The position numbers and the translations under genes were made by a program. The notes beneath the pieces are model-generated. The model had not been told where the DNA came from. It saw nothing but the letters and a program-made list of their open reading frames with translations, and ran no database searches. Shown here piece after piece: positions 12,380 to 26,039 of a stretch of DNA of 64,000 nucleotides. Within the stretch, counting starts at the first letter, position 1. Every line of letters begins with the position of its first letter. Origin of the DNA: Sminthopsis crassicaudata (taxonomy: Eukaryota); assembly GCF_048593235.1 (NCBI RefSeq), contig NC_133623.1:7184211-7248210 (forward strand), written 5' to 3'.

Positions 12380-13140
12380 ATCTAATGGGGGAGACTAAAT
12401 GCCAATAGGGATGTCAGAACAAGCTATATGTAGAGTAAATTGGAAATATCACCAGAAGGTAAGCACTCGGATTAAAGGGGATCAGGAAAGACTTTCTGGT
12501 GGAATTGAACTGGATTTTGAAGGAAGCCAAAGAAGCCTGGAGGTAAAGAGGAAGAGGAAAAGCATCCCCAGATGAGATACGGCCAGTGACAGTGCTAAGG
12601 TCATATTGGAGAAACAGCAAATAAGCTAGTCTGTGACTGGCTCCCCGAGTATGTGATGGGAAGAGAGTGGGAGATAGGAGGAGGAGGACAGGCTACGAAA
12701 GGCTTCGAACACTATCTGAAGAGTTTTGTGTTTGATCCTGGAGGTGATAGGGAGCCACTGAAGTTTATTAATTGGGGAGAGGGGTGGTCATACATTTAAA
12801 CCTGTGCTTCAGGAAGATTATTCTAGCAGCTGCTGGGAGGATGGATTGGAGTGCAAAGAAATGTACAATAGAGAGACCAGTTTGAAGGCGACTGGTGCAG
12901 TCCAGGTAAAAGGTGATGGAGAGCTTGCAGTGGCAGCTATGTAAAAAGGGACCAAATGAGTGAGGTGTTGTGGCCACTGATTAGAGATGGGGCTTGAAGC
13001 AGATTGAGGAGATGAACATGAAAATGAGTTTGTGAGGAGGAAGGATATGGAACTTTGTAGGATGGTTGGGTGGGAGTGGGAAGAAACCCAGTCACAATCA
13101 TTCACTTGGGCAGTTACTGCCCCTGCTTGGCTGTCCTGTC
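12380..13140 (-). mobile_element. L2 LINE remnant
   Basis: Purine-rich L2-type motifs 'gatcctggaggtgatagggagccactgaagttt' and 'cttcaggaagattattctagcagctgctgggaggatggattgg'. Confidence 0.7.
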
Positions 13141-13384
13141 GAAAAACATTCACTTTAGCTACTGGGAAATGGGAACCAAAGGGGAGATAGGGTGGGCTGG
13201 ATGAGGGTTTTTCTAATGGCACTTAGCCACCTGCTACTGGTACAGGATTAAAATTGTCTTGAGAGGCCAGCACCCAGCTCAGAAGGGAGGAAGTAGGAGC
13301 TTACCCACTGAAGAGAGAGTTGGGGGATAAGGATAGATGTGGTAGTGGTGATCAGCCCTATGATTGTATGTATAAAACCAGCAA

Positions 13385-13525
13385 AGCACTGGGGGGAGTG
13401 TGTGTGGGGGGGAGGGAGGGACAGAGGAAGAGGGAGAGGGAGGAGAGAGAAAGAAGGGGAGGTAGGGGAGGAGAGGGAGAAATGAGGAGAGAGAGAAGAA
13501 AGGGGAGACAGGGAGAAGGGGGGAA
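13385..13525. repeat. G/A-rich low-complexity tract
   Basis: Runs of ggga, ggag and gaga, with G-quadruplex or triplex potential. It accounts for the spurious ORFs at 13279-13631. Confidence 0.85.
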
Positions 13526-14460
13526 CTGGATCCCTCTGAGGACCCTCTCCACAATGAAATACTGTGACTCTGTGAACCTTTGTCTTTGGTTTTTGAATCC
13601 TTTAGAAAGTGGTATACTTCATTGTGAATAGCTGAGTACTTTTATCTCTAACTTACATCCTACATTTCTAGTGTTCTCAATGACAGAGTCACGACTCAGT
13701 TATTCCATTGGCCAGATATCTAATCACAGTTGTTAGATTGCAGAGATTTTGGACAGTGCTGCTGGTGACAAGCATCCTCTGCTAACCTTGCAAGGACAAC
13801 TCAGAGAGAGAACAAAGAGATTGTTGGGGATTGTGGTGGAGCCTTAGTTGAAATGCCAGGAGTTTGGATGGACTAATGATGAGGTGTGCATTCTTCAGGG
13901 AATGGGGTAGGAGCATCCTCTGGTCCAGGGGATGCATTCTTTTTCATTTTAAAAAGTTTCACTGGGACATTTTTTTACATCACAGTCAATTTCAAATATC
14001 ATCCTTGTGCCTGGTCATAAAATGAGCCCTGTTCTTGTAATAAAGCAAAAAGAATAAAACAGACCCAGCAAATGCATCAGGGGCATCCTGTCTCTACCCC
14101 TCCCTACTCCCAAAGAAAGGAGAAAAATGTTACATTTCTTCTCCAGGGTCAAGATGATTCATTGCAATTAGAGAGCCTTCAAACTTGGGCTTTTTTGGTG
14201 GTGTTGGATGGACTGTTTCCCTGGTCCTGTTTACCTCACTCTGAATAAGCTTATACAAAAACTCCATCTTTCTCTGATTTCCTCATATTTGTTGTTTCTT
14301 AAAGTACAATAATAATTGATATGATAGGATCAAATGAGATCATATTTGAAAAGCAGCCAACACAGTGCTCGGCATTTACTAAATGCTTCCTTCCTTTTTT
14401 TTTGTGGCATTCACATACCTTCGTTTGCTCAGCAGTTGTCCAGGTGAAGGGCACACAGTT

Positions 14461-17142
14461 GTTGTTTTTTTTTTTAACAATTTAAAATTTATTTCATTAT
14501 TATTATTATTATTATAGCTTTTTATCGACAAAACATATGCATGGGTAATTTTTCAACATTGATCCTTGCAAACACTTCTGTTCCAACTTTTCCCCTCCTT
14601 CCCTCTACCCCTGAGGCAGGTAGTCCCATACATGTTAAACATGTTAAAGTATATGTGAAATACAATATATGTGTGCAGATCTGTACAGTTCTCTTGTGGC
14701 ACAAGAAAAATTGGATTTAGAAGGGCAAAAATAACTTGGGAAGAAAAACAAAAATCCAAGAAAACAACAACAGAAAGAATGCAAATGGTATGTTGTGGTC
14801 CACACTCATTTCCCAATTTTCTTTCGCTGGGTGTAGCCGGTTCTGTTCATCATTGATCATTTGGAACTGAATTAGATCCTCTCATTGCTGAAGATAGCCA
14901 CTTCCATCAGAATTGATCCTCATATAGTCTTGTTGTTGAAGTGATAATGATTTCCTGATTCTGCTCATTTCACTTAGCGTCAATTCATGTAAGTCTCTCC
15001 AAGCCTCTCTGTATTCATCCTGCTGGCCATTTCTTACAGAATAATAATATTCTATAACATTCCTATACCACAATTTATTCAGCCATTCTCCAATGGATGG
15101 ACATTCATTCAATTTCCAGTTTCTAGCCACTACAAAAAGGGCTGTCACAAACATTTTTTACATACAGGTCCCTTTCCCTTCTTTAATATCTCTTTGGGAT
15201 ATAAGCCCAGTAATAACACTTCTGGATCAAAGGATATGCACAGTTTTATAACTTTTTGAGTATAGTTCCAAATTGCTCTCCAGAAAGGTTGGATTCTTTC
15301 ACAACTCCACTAATAATGCACCAGTCTCCCACTTTTCCCGCATCCCCTCCAACATTTGTCATTATCTTTTCCTGTCATCTTTGCCAATCTGACAGGTGTA
15401 TAGTGGTATCTCAGAGTTGTCTTAATTTGCATTTCTCTGATCAATAATGATTTGGAGCACTTTTTCATATGAGTAGAAATAGTTTCAATTTCATCATCTG
15501 AAAATTGTTCATATCTTCTGAACATTTGTCAATTGAAGAATGGCTTGATTTCTTATGAATTAGAGTCAATTCTCTATATTTTGGAAATGAGGCCTTGAGT
15601 AGAAATCTTTCTTTAATAGTTTTTTTTTCTTTACCAGATATATGCATGGGTAATTTTACAACATTGACAATTGCTAAACCCTTTGTTCTAATTTTTCCCC
15701 TCCTCCCCACCCCACCAGATGGCAGGTTGACCAATACATGTTCAATATGTTAAAGTATAAATTGAATACAATATATGTATATATGTCCAGACAGTTGTTT
15801 TGCTGTACAAAAAGAATCAGACTTTGAAATAGTGTACAATTAGCCTGTGAAGGATATCCAAAATGCAGGCGGACAAAATTAGAGGGACTGGGAATTCTAT
15901 AATAGTGGTTCTTAATCATCTCCCAGAGTTCTTTCGTTGGGTGTAGCTGGTTCAGTTCCTTACTGCTCTATTGGAACTGATGGCCACATCCATCAGAATT
16001 GATTATCATATGTATTATTGTTGAAGTATACAACGATCTCCTGGTCCTAACAGAAACTTTAATTGTAAAAATGTTTTCCCAATTTATTGCTTCCCTTCTA
16101 ATCTTGTCTGCATTAGTTTTGTTTATACAAAAGCTTTTTAACTTGATATAATCAAAATTTTCTATTTTGTGATCAGTAATGATCTCTAGTTCTTCTTTGG
16201 TCAAAAATTCCTTCCTCTTCCACAAGTCTGAGAGGTCAACTATCCTATGTTCCTCTAATTTATTTGTAATCTCATTCTTTATGCCTAAATCATGATCATT
16301 TTGATCTCATCTTGGTGTATGGTATTAAGTGTGGGTTAAGGCCTAGTTTTTGCCATACTAATTTTCAATTTCCCCAGAAATTTTTGTCAAATAGTGCATT
16401 CTTATCCCAAAAGTAGGGGTCTTTGGGTTTGTCAAACACTAGATTGCTATAGTTAGTGACTATTTTGACCTAACCTATTCCACTGATCAACTAGTCTATT
16501 TCTTAGCCAATATCAAATGGTTTTGGTGACCACTGCTTTATAATATAGTTTTAGATCAGGTACAGCTAGGCCACCTTTATTTGATTTTTTTTCATTAGTT
16601 CCCTTGAAATTCTTGACCTTTTGTTCTTCCAGATGAATTTTGTTATTATTTTTTCTAGGTCATTAAAATAGTTTCTTGGGAGTCTGATTGGTATAGCACT
16701 AAATAAATAGATTCATTTAGGTAGTATTGTCATCTTTATTCTATTCACTCGACCTATCCAAGAGCACTTAATATTTTTTGAATTATTTAGATCTGACTTT
16801 ATTTCTGTGGAAAATATTTTGTAGTTTTGCTCATATAGTCCCTGATTTTCCTTTTAGCAGATAGATTCCCAAATATTTTATACTACAAACAGTTGTTTTA
16901 AATGGAATTTCTCTTTGTCTCTCTTGCTGTTGGATTTTGTTAGTGATGTATAAAAATGCTGAGGATTTATGTGAATTTATTTTGTATCCTGTAACTTTGC
17001 TAAAGTTGTGGATTATTTTTAATAGATTTTTAGTAGAATCAATGGGGATATCTAAGTATGCCATCATATCATCTGCAAACAATGATAATTTGGTTTCCTC
17101 ATTACCTTCTCTAATTCCTTTAATCTCTTTTTCATCTCTTAT
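14461..17142 (-). mobile_element. About 2.7-kb 5'-truncated L1 (RT to 3'UTR) with a nested second L1 3'-end at about 15611-16050
   Basis: 12-bp TSD gggcacacagtt at 14449-14460 and 17143-17154. RT motif LSLFADDMMAYL in ORF 16831-17199. ORF2 C-terminus in ORFs 14882-15154 and 15310-15525. Confidence 0.9.
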
Positions 17143-17676
17143 GGGCACACAGTTTGTTAACAGCTCTTTGCAACTCTGTGTATTGCCTGCCTCTGGCATG
17201 AGCTACCTTGATTTGGGCTCCTGGGACATCCATAGACATCTTCTCTTGCTGCTCAACACCCCTGACAGCCTCATATTGTTCTCTCTGCCAACATCTATCC
17301 TGGTTGCTCATTCTTTTGTGATTTCATAGTTTTTGGCTGAATGGAGGAAGCTTCCCCCTTTCTCCACAAACTGTTGGGCCTTTCATATGATGGAATTCTA
17401 ATGTCACGCTGATGATAATTTCACTTCCTAGCACTCTCCATTACATTTCAAAGAAGCTGCTGAAATTCCCATCATTTCACTAGCAACATGAAACCCTCAC
17501 CACTAGTGGTTGTTTAAACTTGCAACAGGTTATAATATTGTTTGCAATATCATAGCCTTTCCATTACAATGGATGAGATTCTTTCTTCACAAGTCAATAA
17601 ATAATGAGTCCATTTGAAGTGAGGCTTTGGAAAACAAGATGAAAGTGGCCAACCAGAGATGTTCTCATAGAGGGTG

Positions 17677-19680
17677 ATATTTTTTAGTTGATTCTCTAGG
17701 GTTCTCTAAGTATACCATCATATCATCTGCAAAGAATGATTATTTGGTTTCCTCGTTACCTGCTCTAATTCTTCCAATTTCTTTTTCTTATTGCTAAAGC
17801 TAACATTTCTAATACATTATTGAATAGTTAGGGTGATAGTGGACAACCTTATTTCATTACTGATCTTATTGGGAATGCTTCTAATTTATCCCCATTACTT
17901 ATGATGTTTGCTGATGGTTTTAGGCAGATGCTCTTTAGTGTTTTTAATAAGAATGGATGTTGTATTTTGTTAAATGCTTTTTTCTGCATCTATTGAAATA
18001 ATCATATGATTTCTGTTAATTTGGTTATTGGTATAGTCAATTATGCTAATAGTTTTCCTAATAGTGAACCAGCCCTGCATTCCTGGTATAAATCCTACTT
18101 AATCATGGTGCAATCTCTTTAGTAAGATTTTATTTAAGATTTTTTGCATCAGTATTCATTATGGAAATTGGTTTATAATTTTCTTTCTCTGTTTTGACCT
18201 TTCCTGGTTTAGGTATCAACACCATATCTGTGCCACAAAAGAAATTTGGCAGGACTCCTTTTCCCCCTATTTTTTCAAGTAGTTTGTATACTATTGGAAT
18301 TAATTGGTCTTTAAGTATTTAATAGAATTCACTTGTAAGTCCTTCTTGCCCTAGAGATTTTTTTTTTCCTTAGGGAATTGATTAATAGCTTATTTAATTT
18401 CTTTTTTTTTTTCTAAAGTAGAAACTATCTAAATAATTTATTTTCTCCCCTGTTAATATGGGCAGTCTATATTTTATAAGTATTTATCCATTTCATTTAG
18501 ATTATCAGATTTATTGGAATACGGTTGGGTAAAATAGCTCTAATTTCCTCTTCATTGGTGGAAATGAAGTCAGCAAAACCCAACTTGTCCTGGGGAGCGG
18601 AGTATGGCCACAGCCTTTAAAGAAATCACTGAAAGGATGAACTTTTCATTTTTGATATTAATAATTTGATTTTCTTTTTTCCTTTGTCTAATCAAATTAA
18701 CTAAAGATTTATCTATTTTGTTGTTTTCCCCCCCATAAAATCAAGTCTTAGTTTGGTTTATTAGTTCAATAGTTTTCTTACTTTCAGTTTTATTAATCTC
18801 TCCTTTTATTTTCAGAATTTCAAATTTAGTATTTAATTGGATTTTTTAATTTGTTCTTTTTCTAGCTTTTTTAGTTGCATGTCCATTTCATTTATTTTCT
18901 CTTTCTCTATTTTATTTATGTAACTATGTAGAGTTAGAAAATTTCCCCTAAGAACTGCTTTGGCTGCATCCTATAAATTGTGGTATGTTGTTTCATTATT
19001 GTCATGCTCTTGGATGAAATTATTGATTGTTTTATTCTTTAGGATTAGATTATTTAGTTTCCAATTACTTTTTGGTCTTTTTTTCCCCTGGCCCTTTATT
19101 ATATGTAATTTTATTGCATCATAATCTGAAAAGGATGCATGTACTATTTCTGCCTTTCTCCATTTTATTTTGAAGTTTTTATGCCATAATGCATGGTCAA
19201 GTTTCGTGCAGGTTCCATGGACCACTGAGAAAAAAGTATGTTCCTTTCTGTCTCCTTTCAGTTTTCTCCAAAGGTCTATCATACCTAACTTTTCTAAAAT
19301 TCTCTTTACCTCCTTAACCTCTTTCTTGTTTATTTTGTCATTCAATTTATCTAGCTCTGAGAGAGGGAGGTTGAGAAACCCTACTAGTATAGTTTTGCTG
19401 AATATTTCTTTTCGCAACTCTCTTAACTTCTCCTCTAGGAATATGGATGCTCTACTATGTGGTGCATATAGATGTTTCGTTTTCATATTACTTCATTATC
19501 TATGGTATCAGTTAGCAAATTGTAATTTTCTTTATTATCTCTTTTAATTAGATTTATTTTTGTTTTTGCTTAATCTGAGATCAGGAGCACTATCCTAGCT
19601 TTGTCTACTTTAGCTGAAGCATAATAAATTCTGTTCCAGCCTTTTACCTTTACTCTGCATGTATCAATCTGCTTCAAATG
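17677..19680 (-). mobile_element. Older L1 ORF2 fragment (endonuclease to RT)
   Basis: ORF 18971-19486 encodes an L1 endonuclease-like sequence (ILVGFLNLPLSELDK...IDLWRKL...TFFSVVHGTCTKLDH...FSDYDAIKL). Confidence 0.88.
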
Positions 19681-20186
19681 TGTAATGGTGCTATTTCTTG
19701 TGATTACTCTGAATCTCAGGGAGGTCAAAGTCAACCGTTTAGCACTCACAGCAGAGGGATTTTATGACAGCGCCGGTTGGGATGCTTACAAGCAACATTT
19801 CTTTTTATGATAAATGAGTTGCTCCCCTAAGATCTCGAAAACTTTGATCTTGGAAATAGTCTCGGTCCTAGGCTTTGGCTAGAACTGTTTTCCAGTAGTG
19901 GCAAAACATTTTGAAAAGAAAGCTACAGGAAGTCAGCAAAACTTGTCCTGGGAAACTGAGTGTGGCCATACTCTTTGCACAAATCACTTACAACGAGAGT
20001 CCCATATCTGGGAGCTGAAAGGGAACTCAGGGACCATCTGGTCCTAACCACACCAAACACAAATCCCCTCCATGATAGGTGGTACATGTAGTGTAGAAAA
20101 GCCTGCTACTTGCTAAAGGAAGTCATTCCACTTGGGGATAAGTCCAGTAAGTAGAAACAAATGTGTAATGTTCCTTATACTGTCTC

Positions 20187-20406
20187 CAGAGGCAGCTATG
20201 TGGGGCAGTAGCTAGGATGCTGGGCTGGACTTACAAAGATCTGAGTTCAAATCCATTCCTAACACTAGCTGTGTAACATTTGACAAGACACAAACTCTCT
20301 TTGCCTCATTTATACAATGAGGATAATAATAATAATAGCCCCCCAGGGGTGTCATGAGAATCAAATGAGATATATGTAAATAAATGCTTAGCACAGTGCT
20401 TGGCAC
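20187..20406 (+). mobile_element. MIR SINE
   Basis: 'gatctgagttcaaatcc...ctagctgtgt...gagaatcaaatgagata...gcttagcacagtgcttggcac'. Confidence 0.8.
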
Positions 20407-20586
20407 CTCATGGGCTTATTACCTTCCTTCCTCTTTGCATCTTCTCATAACAGACCCTGCTCCTACACTCCCAAATCCAGCAAGCAGGACCGATGTAATA
20501 TTTTTTCTTCATGAAAGATTTAGGAATAACTGAAATCATAGGGTCAAAGATCGAGAATTACAGGGCTACACAAAGATCATTTAATC

Positions 20587-20767
20587 CCCAGCTTCTTAAA
20601 CTATGGGTCATGACCTTTCATACCTGAATGTGGAGCTGGAGAAATTTTGATTTCCTATCAATAAATTTGGTTTGTATACTTATTTTATTTCCCTATATAC
20701 CCCAGGTCATGTAAACATTTCTCAGGTGAAAAAGGGGTTGGAAGCAGAAAAAGTTTAAGAATCCCTG
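20587..20767. mobile_element. Old hAT/Charlie-like MITE inserted in a MIR3
   Basis: Termini share ttcttaaact / agtttaagaa. Degenerate 8-bp TSD atttaatc / atctagtc (6/8). MIR3 sequence lies on both sides. Confidence 0.55.
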
Positions 20768-21084
20768 ATCTAGTCCAACCCCATTATTTTACAGCTTGAG
20801 AAATTGCTCCCCAAGATGTGTGTCCCTTGTGAGCAAGTCCCAGCATAGACTGTATGTGTTCTTCATGTCTCTGGACTCATTAATGTTCCCCTCCAAGTTT
20901 GCTTTGGGAAATTTCTGTATAGAACTCATGCATTATTTGAGATTATTTCTACAAGTGTGAATAATAAGATCCCCAGTTTCCATACATTCAAGATAAAACA
21001 TTATTTCCACATAATTAAGTTTCCATTCTGCTTTCTGACCTAGATATTCTTCCTTGACAAGATTCTAGTAGGGCTTGGGCAAAG

Positions 21085-21730
21085 CCATTATGGCAACTAG
21101 GTGGCACAGTATGTAGAGTTCTGGGCCTAGAGGAAGGAAAACTTAAGTTCAAATCTGGCCTTGGACACTTCTTAATTCGTCTCTGGCAAGTCAATGTCCT
21201 GTCTGTCTTGATTTCCTCAATAAAGCGGAATTCTAATATTACTACCTCCTTCCCAGGGTTGTTATGAGCATCAAATGAGCTGATGCTCAAGTTAAGTGTA
21301 AAGTTTGGTCCCTGTGCCTGGCATATAATAAATAGGTGCTTGCTCCCTCCCTTCCTTCATGTGCTTGCAAGATGATAAGTGAATGAAGGAGGATTCAAGC
21401 CTTAGATTCCAAATGCCGCTTGAAGACCAGTTCACATGGATGTTCACCGAGAGCTAAAAGAACAAGATAGCAGGGAAAATAAGTAAGGCTCTGCTCCAGA
21501 AATCTAATGCCAGTTAGAACAATGATCAGGATGGCAGCACAGAAGGAAGGAGTAGGGGATATCAGTGGGGCATAGTGCTCACCTTAGAGACAGGAGGTCT
21601 GGGTTCAAAGGCTGCCTTTGATGACCCTTGGCAGGTCCATTCACTTCCCAGAACCTTGCTTTCTCCCTCTGTAAAATAAGGGGGTTGGATGAGATCAGGT
21701 TGAAGGTACCTTCCAGCTCTGATTCTCTCT
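21085..21730 (+). mobile_element. MIR (about 21085-21345) and MIR3 (about 21560-21730) SINE remnants
   Basis: 'ggcaactaggtggcacagt...agttcaaatctggcc' and 'tttctccctctgtaaaataaggggg...ccttccagctct'. Confidence 0.75.
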
Positions 21731-24700
21731 GAGCCTTGATCTCTACTCATTCTTTCACCCTGTGGTTCTGTGGGCTGCTGGTGTCTCATAAATAAAGGAT
21801 GGCAGATAACTCTAAATGGTTTCCCCTAAATGTCTACTGGTAGTACCATTAAATAACACAGAGATCCCTCTTCAAAACAAATTTGGGGCATGTGACACCT
21901 TCCTTCATTCATGGAGATGGGCAGTAAAGCCTTGTTTCAGAGAGCATGCCCTGGCTAGCTGCAGGAATCACCTGTTCAAACATGACTGAAATATCTAGAA
22001 AAAACAGAATGTATGTGGATGAAACAGCTTTGATGGAAAAGTTGCTGATGGCTCTGATATTGGCTTATTCTCACATCCCAAGAGCTCCCTGTGAACACCA
22101 CTCAACAGCTCTGGCCTAACTCAAAATGCCACAGGAAAATTGGCCTCTGCATGTTGGGTCATGTACAGAGCCCATCACTGGGCTGCAACTCATAGTAAAG
22201 CAGAGAGCTGGCCCAAACTGCACAGATCCATTGAACGGATTTGCAGGAATTCTCAGGTATTGCCTTCCAAGATATTATTTTGTGGAAAACAAGTTTCTTT
22301 TTGAAGTTGTTTAGGTCCAAAAGGTGGAGTGACTGGTAAAGGAGACATAGTTGATCTCATTTCCCTTCTAAATAGTTGGAAGCAGTGCTCAACGCAGAAT
22401 TATTCACCAGGTACTATTAAATATCTGGACTTGGTATCTTAGACTGATGCATCAGGGATGAAATGCTATATTTTTCTGAATGTCCTCTCACTCATTTTTC
22501 TGTTCATGGCCAATGCTGATTCTGCAGGGGATTCACCCCCCCACCCCCCGCCTCTGCCTAAGACTTCAAGATTATCACCATTTTCCTCTACTGGCTTTAT
22601 TTAAAATATCTCCAGAACTTTATTTTACATAGAGCCTTTACCTGCACAGTGTGACACAGAAAGAAATAAGCAAGAAACATTTCCCTGGACCCAATTTTTG
22701 TTAGGTTCATTAATAATGCATGTGGCACCATGTTTGGCCACAGCAATCCTGTCTGGGTAATTAACAATGCAGCATTTCAAGTTCATCCAATGACGATTTG
22801 GGGAGCAATACTAACAGCACAGGTAGAGCTGGATGATAGCTGGGTAAAATGTACGTGCAAAGAGTAGAAACGGTTAGATGGAAGGCCTCAGAACTGTCCC
22901 AGGAGTTTTAACTTCAGGCTGCTCATTGAAGTTGCATCCCCAGGGTGCTAAAATGTAGAAAGCAATAACATCACCATCCTGGAGTATTTTCTGTGCCCCC
23001 TGGCAGCTGCATGCCTGATACCTACCCAGCTGTGAACAATCTTTGAGCAGCATAGAAACTTTACAATGTCCTGGGGACATGCTTCTCTCCATGTCCCCAT
23101 GCCCATCACATGCACGAGCAATCTTAAGGATGGTTCTGGATCAGCTGATTTTTCATGTGTCCTGTCCTAATCAATAAATCAAATATATTTCAATTCAGCA
23201 AACGTTTATTAAATACTGGCTATGTCTCAAACCCACAGCACCCAGTAATCCTCAGAAGTCTCGCTCCCAGGTTCTAATAAGGTTTAATAGATTTCAGAAA
23301 AGTCTGGCCATGGAGATTTCAATGCAGGGGCCGAGAGCTAGTGTGGAAGCAAGACCCATCTTTGGCTGAAGCCAATCATGTGACTCTGGATGAGGGTTTT
23401 AACCTGGGAATAATAATGACAACTTCAGAAGAGCTTTTCTGGTTGGCTTTGATTAAGGGACCAGGCCAGTTCCATCCCATCTAATCCTAGGTACGCCAGA
23501 GTCTTTACTCTCAAGAAGCTGCACACATAGCAGTTGCATGACCTTGGGCAAATATTCTCTCAGCCTTAGATTTTTCATCTATAAAATGGGGGTAGCAAGA
23601 GCATCTGCCTCACAGAGCTGTTGTCAGGCTTCAATGAGATCATGTCCGTAAAGTGCTTCACGAATTTGAATGCACAGTGACAGCCACTGAGATGGTACTG
23701 ATGCAGCTCAGAGAGATCTGGGAGAGTCACAAGATAATTTGGATCCAGAGGACTTCTGGGAAGTTCCAGAGCCAGGATTCACATATTTCCTTTTCCACTT
23801 ATGGTCCTTAATGATCCACTGATAACTGTAGCCAGAGATAACCCACATTTGCCACCCCTTCCCCTGGACTAAAGGACAGAGTAAGAAAAGAGAGACTCAG
23901 AATGGAGTTTTGGTGTGGTCGTGGGAGAGAGGTTTGCGTGACTGGGATGAATTTCCTGGCACCATTATATGATCTTCACTCAGGTTGCTACCTAGTCTAA
24001 CTCTGGTGGAGGCCACTCCTGACCACATGTTGTAGGCTTTGGAAAAGTAACATTCATTCCACATAAGTGGGCTGCTTGACCCAAAAGGCCTGCTTTCCTC
24101 CCCAGTTGGAGCTCCTTCACTGCCTTTCTCCCTGCCAAACGAGCATTGCAGAGAACAGGACAAAAGCCACTGCTCTCGGAAGCAGGTGGGCACCAGCTGG
24201 AATCTGGCAGGCTAAGAAAACAAGCACCCAGTTTGGGGACCATCATACCACCAAAGCCTTTGTAGTCATGGTGATTTTGTTCTTCTTTCCAAGAGTCACA
24301 AAGATTCTATTTCAACTTGCCCCACACAGAGAATTTCTGATCGCTGAAAGTGGGAGAGCTGGCCAGCACCTGCCAGCCCTTCAGCCAGAGCCATAACACC
24401 AACTGCCTTGGTTAGGAGCTTTGCATAAAAGCAGTCATGTACTCATTAAATGTAGCTGAAAATCATATCATTAGCACAGATATTTCATGCATGAATTACT
24501 CTCTCCAGAAGAAAATAAGACCTTTTTTTTTCCTGAGCATCCGATCTTTCTACAGAATTATTTTAGTGCTCATTAGCAAGATCCATACCCATTTCGGTTC
24601 AACATCTGGCTTAGGGTCCCTCTGATATAGTTAAGGTTTCTGCTTTTCATCAGAATTCTGCCATTATGCAAGCTAAATAATTTGCATCTGTTGAACCTTA

Positions 24701-26039
24701 AAATTACCCCATATTTGGAAAGTTTTTCAGGGAAAGTTGAACACACATAAACAAAGTTCCACCAACTTTGGCCGTCAGCTGACGGTCATGGAAGAACATG
24801 GTAGCTGGCTAAAATGGGACATAGGTCTTCTCTTAGAATTGAGAAATCGGGGGAGGCATTCCATTCTTCCTGCAGAGTCCAAGAGAAGAAAGGGTGGGAA
24901 CCTCTGGTTAGTTAGCTAGTCACCAACAATCCAATTCCATGGGGATTTCCTGAGGATCTATTTTATGCCAGGCACTCTGATAAGGTGCCACAAGATGTAC
25001 AGCCCATGTGAAGGGAACTTGCAATTTCAATGGAGAGATGAGACAGAGCCAGGGGAGATATCAGATATAACTCTAACACTGGGTGAATGGATCGACTCCC
25101 AGATAAATGGTAAAGAACAGGAAGCATCCTTGGAGGAGATGGGGGCTCACGTACTGCATCTCACAGAGCTGGGTAGTGTAGCATGTACCTAAATCAGATT
25201 CTCTTCTGCTGTGCCTAGATAAGTGACCATATAACCCCTGCCAAAGGCCCTACAGGGAGTGGTGGTTCATTAACCCTTCTGCAGTAGTTCTAACTTTGAA
25301 GAAGTTGTGGTTTTTTAAAACCCCAGCTGAAGTCTGCCTCTTTTCAGTCTCCACCCATTGTTCATGATTTGGTCTTCAATTTTCACTATTTGGCCAAGTT
25401 CCTATAAAAGTGCTGCAGTTTGTCTGTAGATAGGGGCTCTCATCTGGAAGTAGGAATGAGGCCTTGTCCTTCAAATAGCTAACTCTCAAGAGGGCCATTT
25501 GTGATTCAAATGTGTTTCACATGACAAACATGAGAGATGTTTGGTAAATATGTGCACATGATAGATGTTGGATAGATCTGGCTTTGATCCTTTGGGGAGG
25601 CAGACAAAGGCACTGAGGGGACAGCCAAAAAATGCAGCAGTTCTTGCTGTCCTCCCTTCTAGTAGAGATTGCAGTGAGGGCTGGAGCACATAATGTAGAT
25701 GAGCAATCTGGCCACGGCTGATGAGCTAACAGTCAGTTTCCAGACAGATACCCTCGAGTTTATAGGAGTCATGGATTTCTAGTACCATGAGACTAGAAAA
25801 GGGCATAGGATTTTTGCGTTACAGCTGGGAGCAATTTCAGATCTCAAGCCCCATCCCCTCATTTGATAGAAGAAGAAATCGACATCCAGGGAAAACGACT
25901 TTCCCAGTGTCTTAGGAGAAGTAGCAGAGCCATCTCTTCTGGTATGTTGTCATAAGTAGACAAAGGCATGGAAAGACACATTGAGAAGAGACCCTCCTCC
26001 TGTCTTTGGTGGGCCTAGGTTTGGTACAGACCACCACAG

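Noticed and set aside
13279-13631. Overlapping ORFs rich in P/S/L or R/E/G
   Set aside because: They are translations of a G/A low-complexity tract.
16831-17199. 122-aa ORF as a chimeric or domesticated RT gene
   Set aside because: It is an accidental read-through from flanking DNA across the TSD junction at 17142 into a truncated L1 RT.
18971-19486. Longest ORF in the track (171 aa) as a host gene
   Set aside because: It is a decayed L1 ORF2 endonuclease domain.
22134-22410. Two exon-like segments (22134/22169-22254 and 22376-22410)
   Set aside because: Acceptors and donors are weak to moderate, and two or three frames are open, so no reading can be preferred.
22874-23092. Minus-strand ORF with an ILQDGDVIAF motif resembling the end of an FHA or TGS domain
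   Set aside because: It is an isolated short motif with no rest of the domain, and it lies just downstream of a donor-like site.
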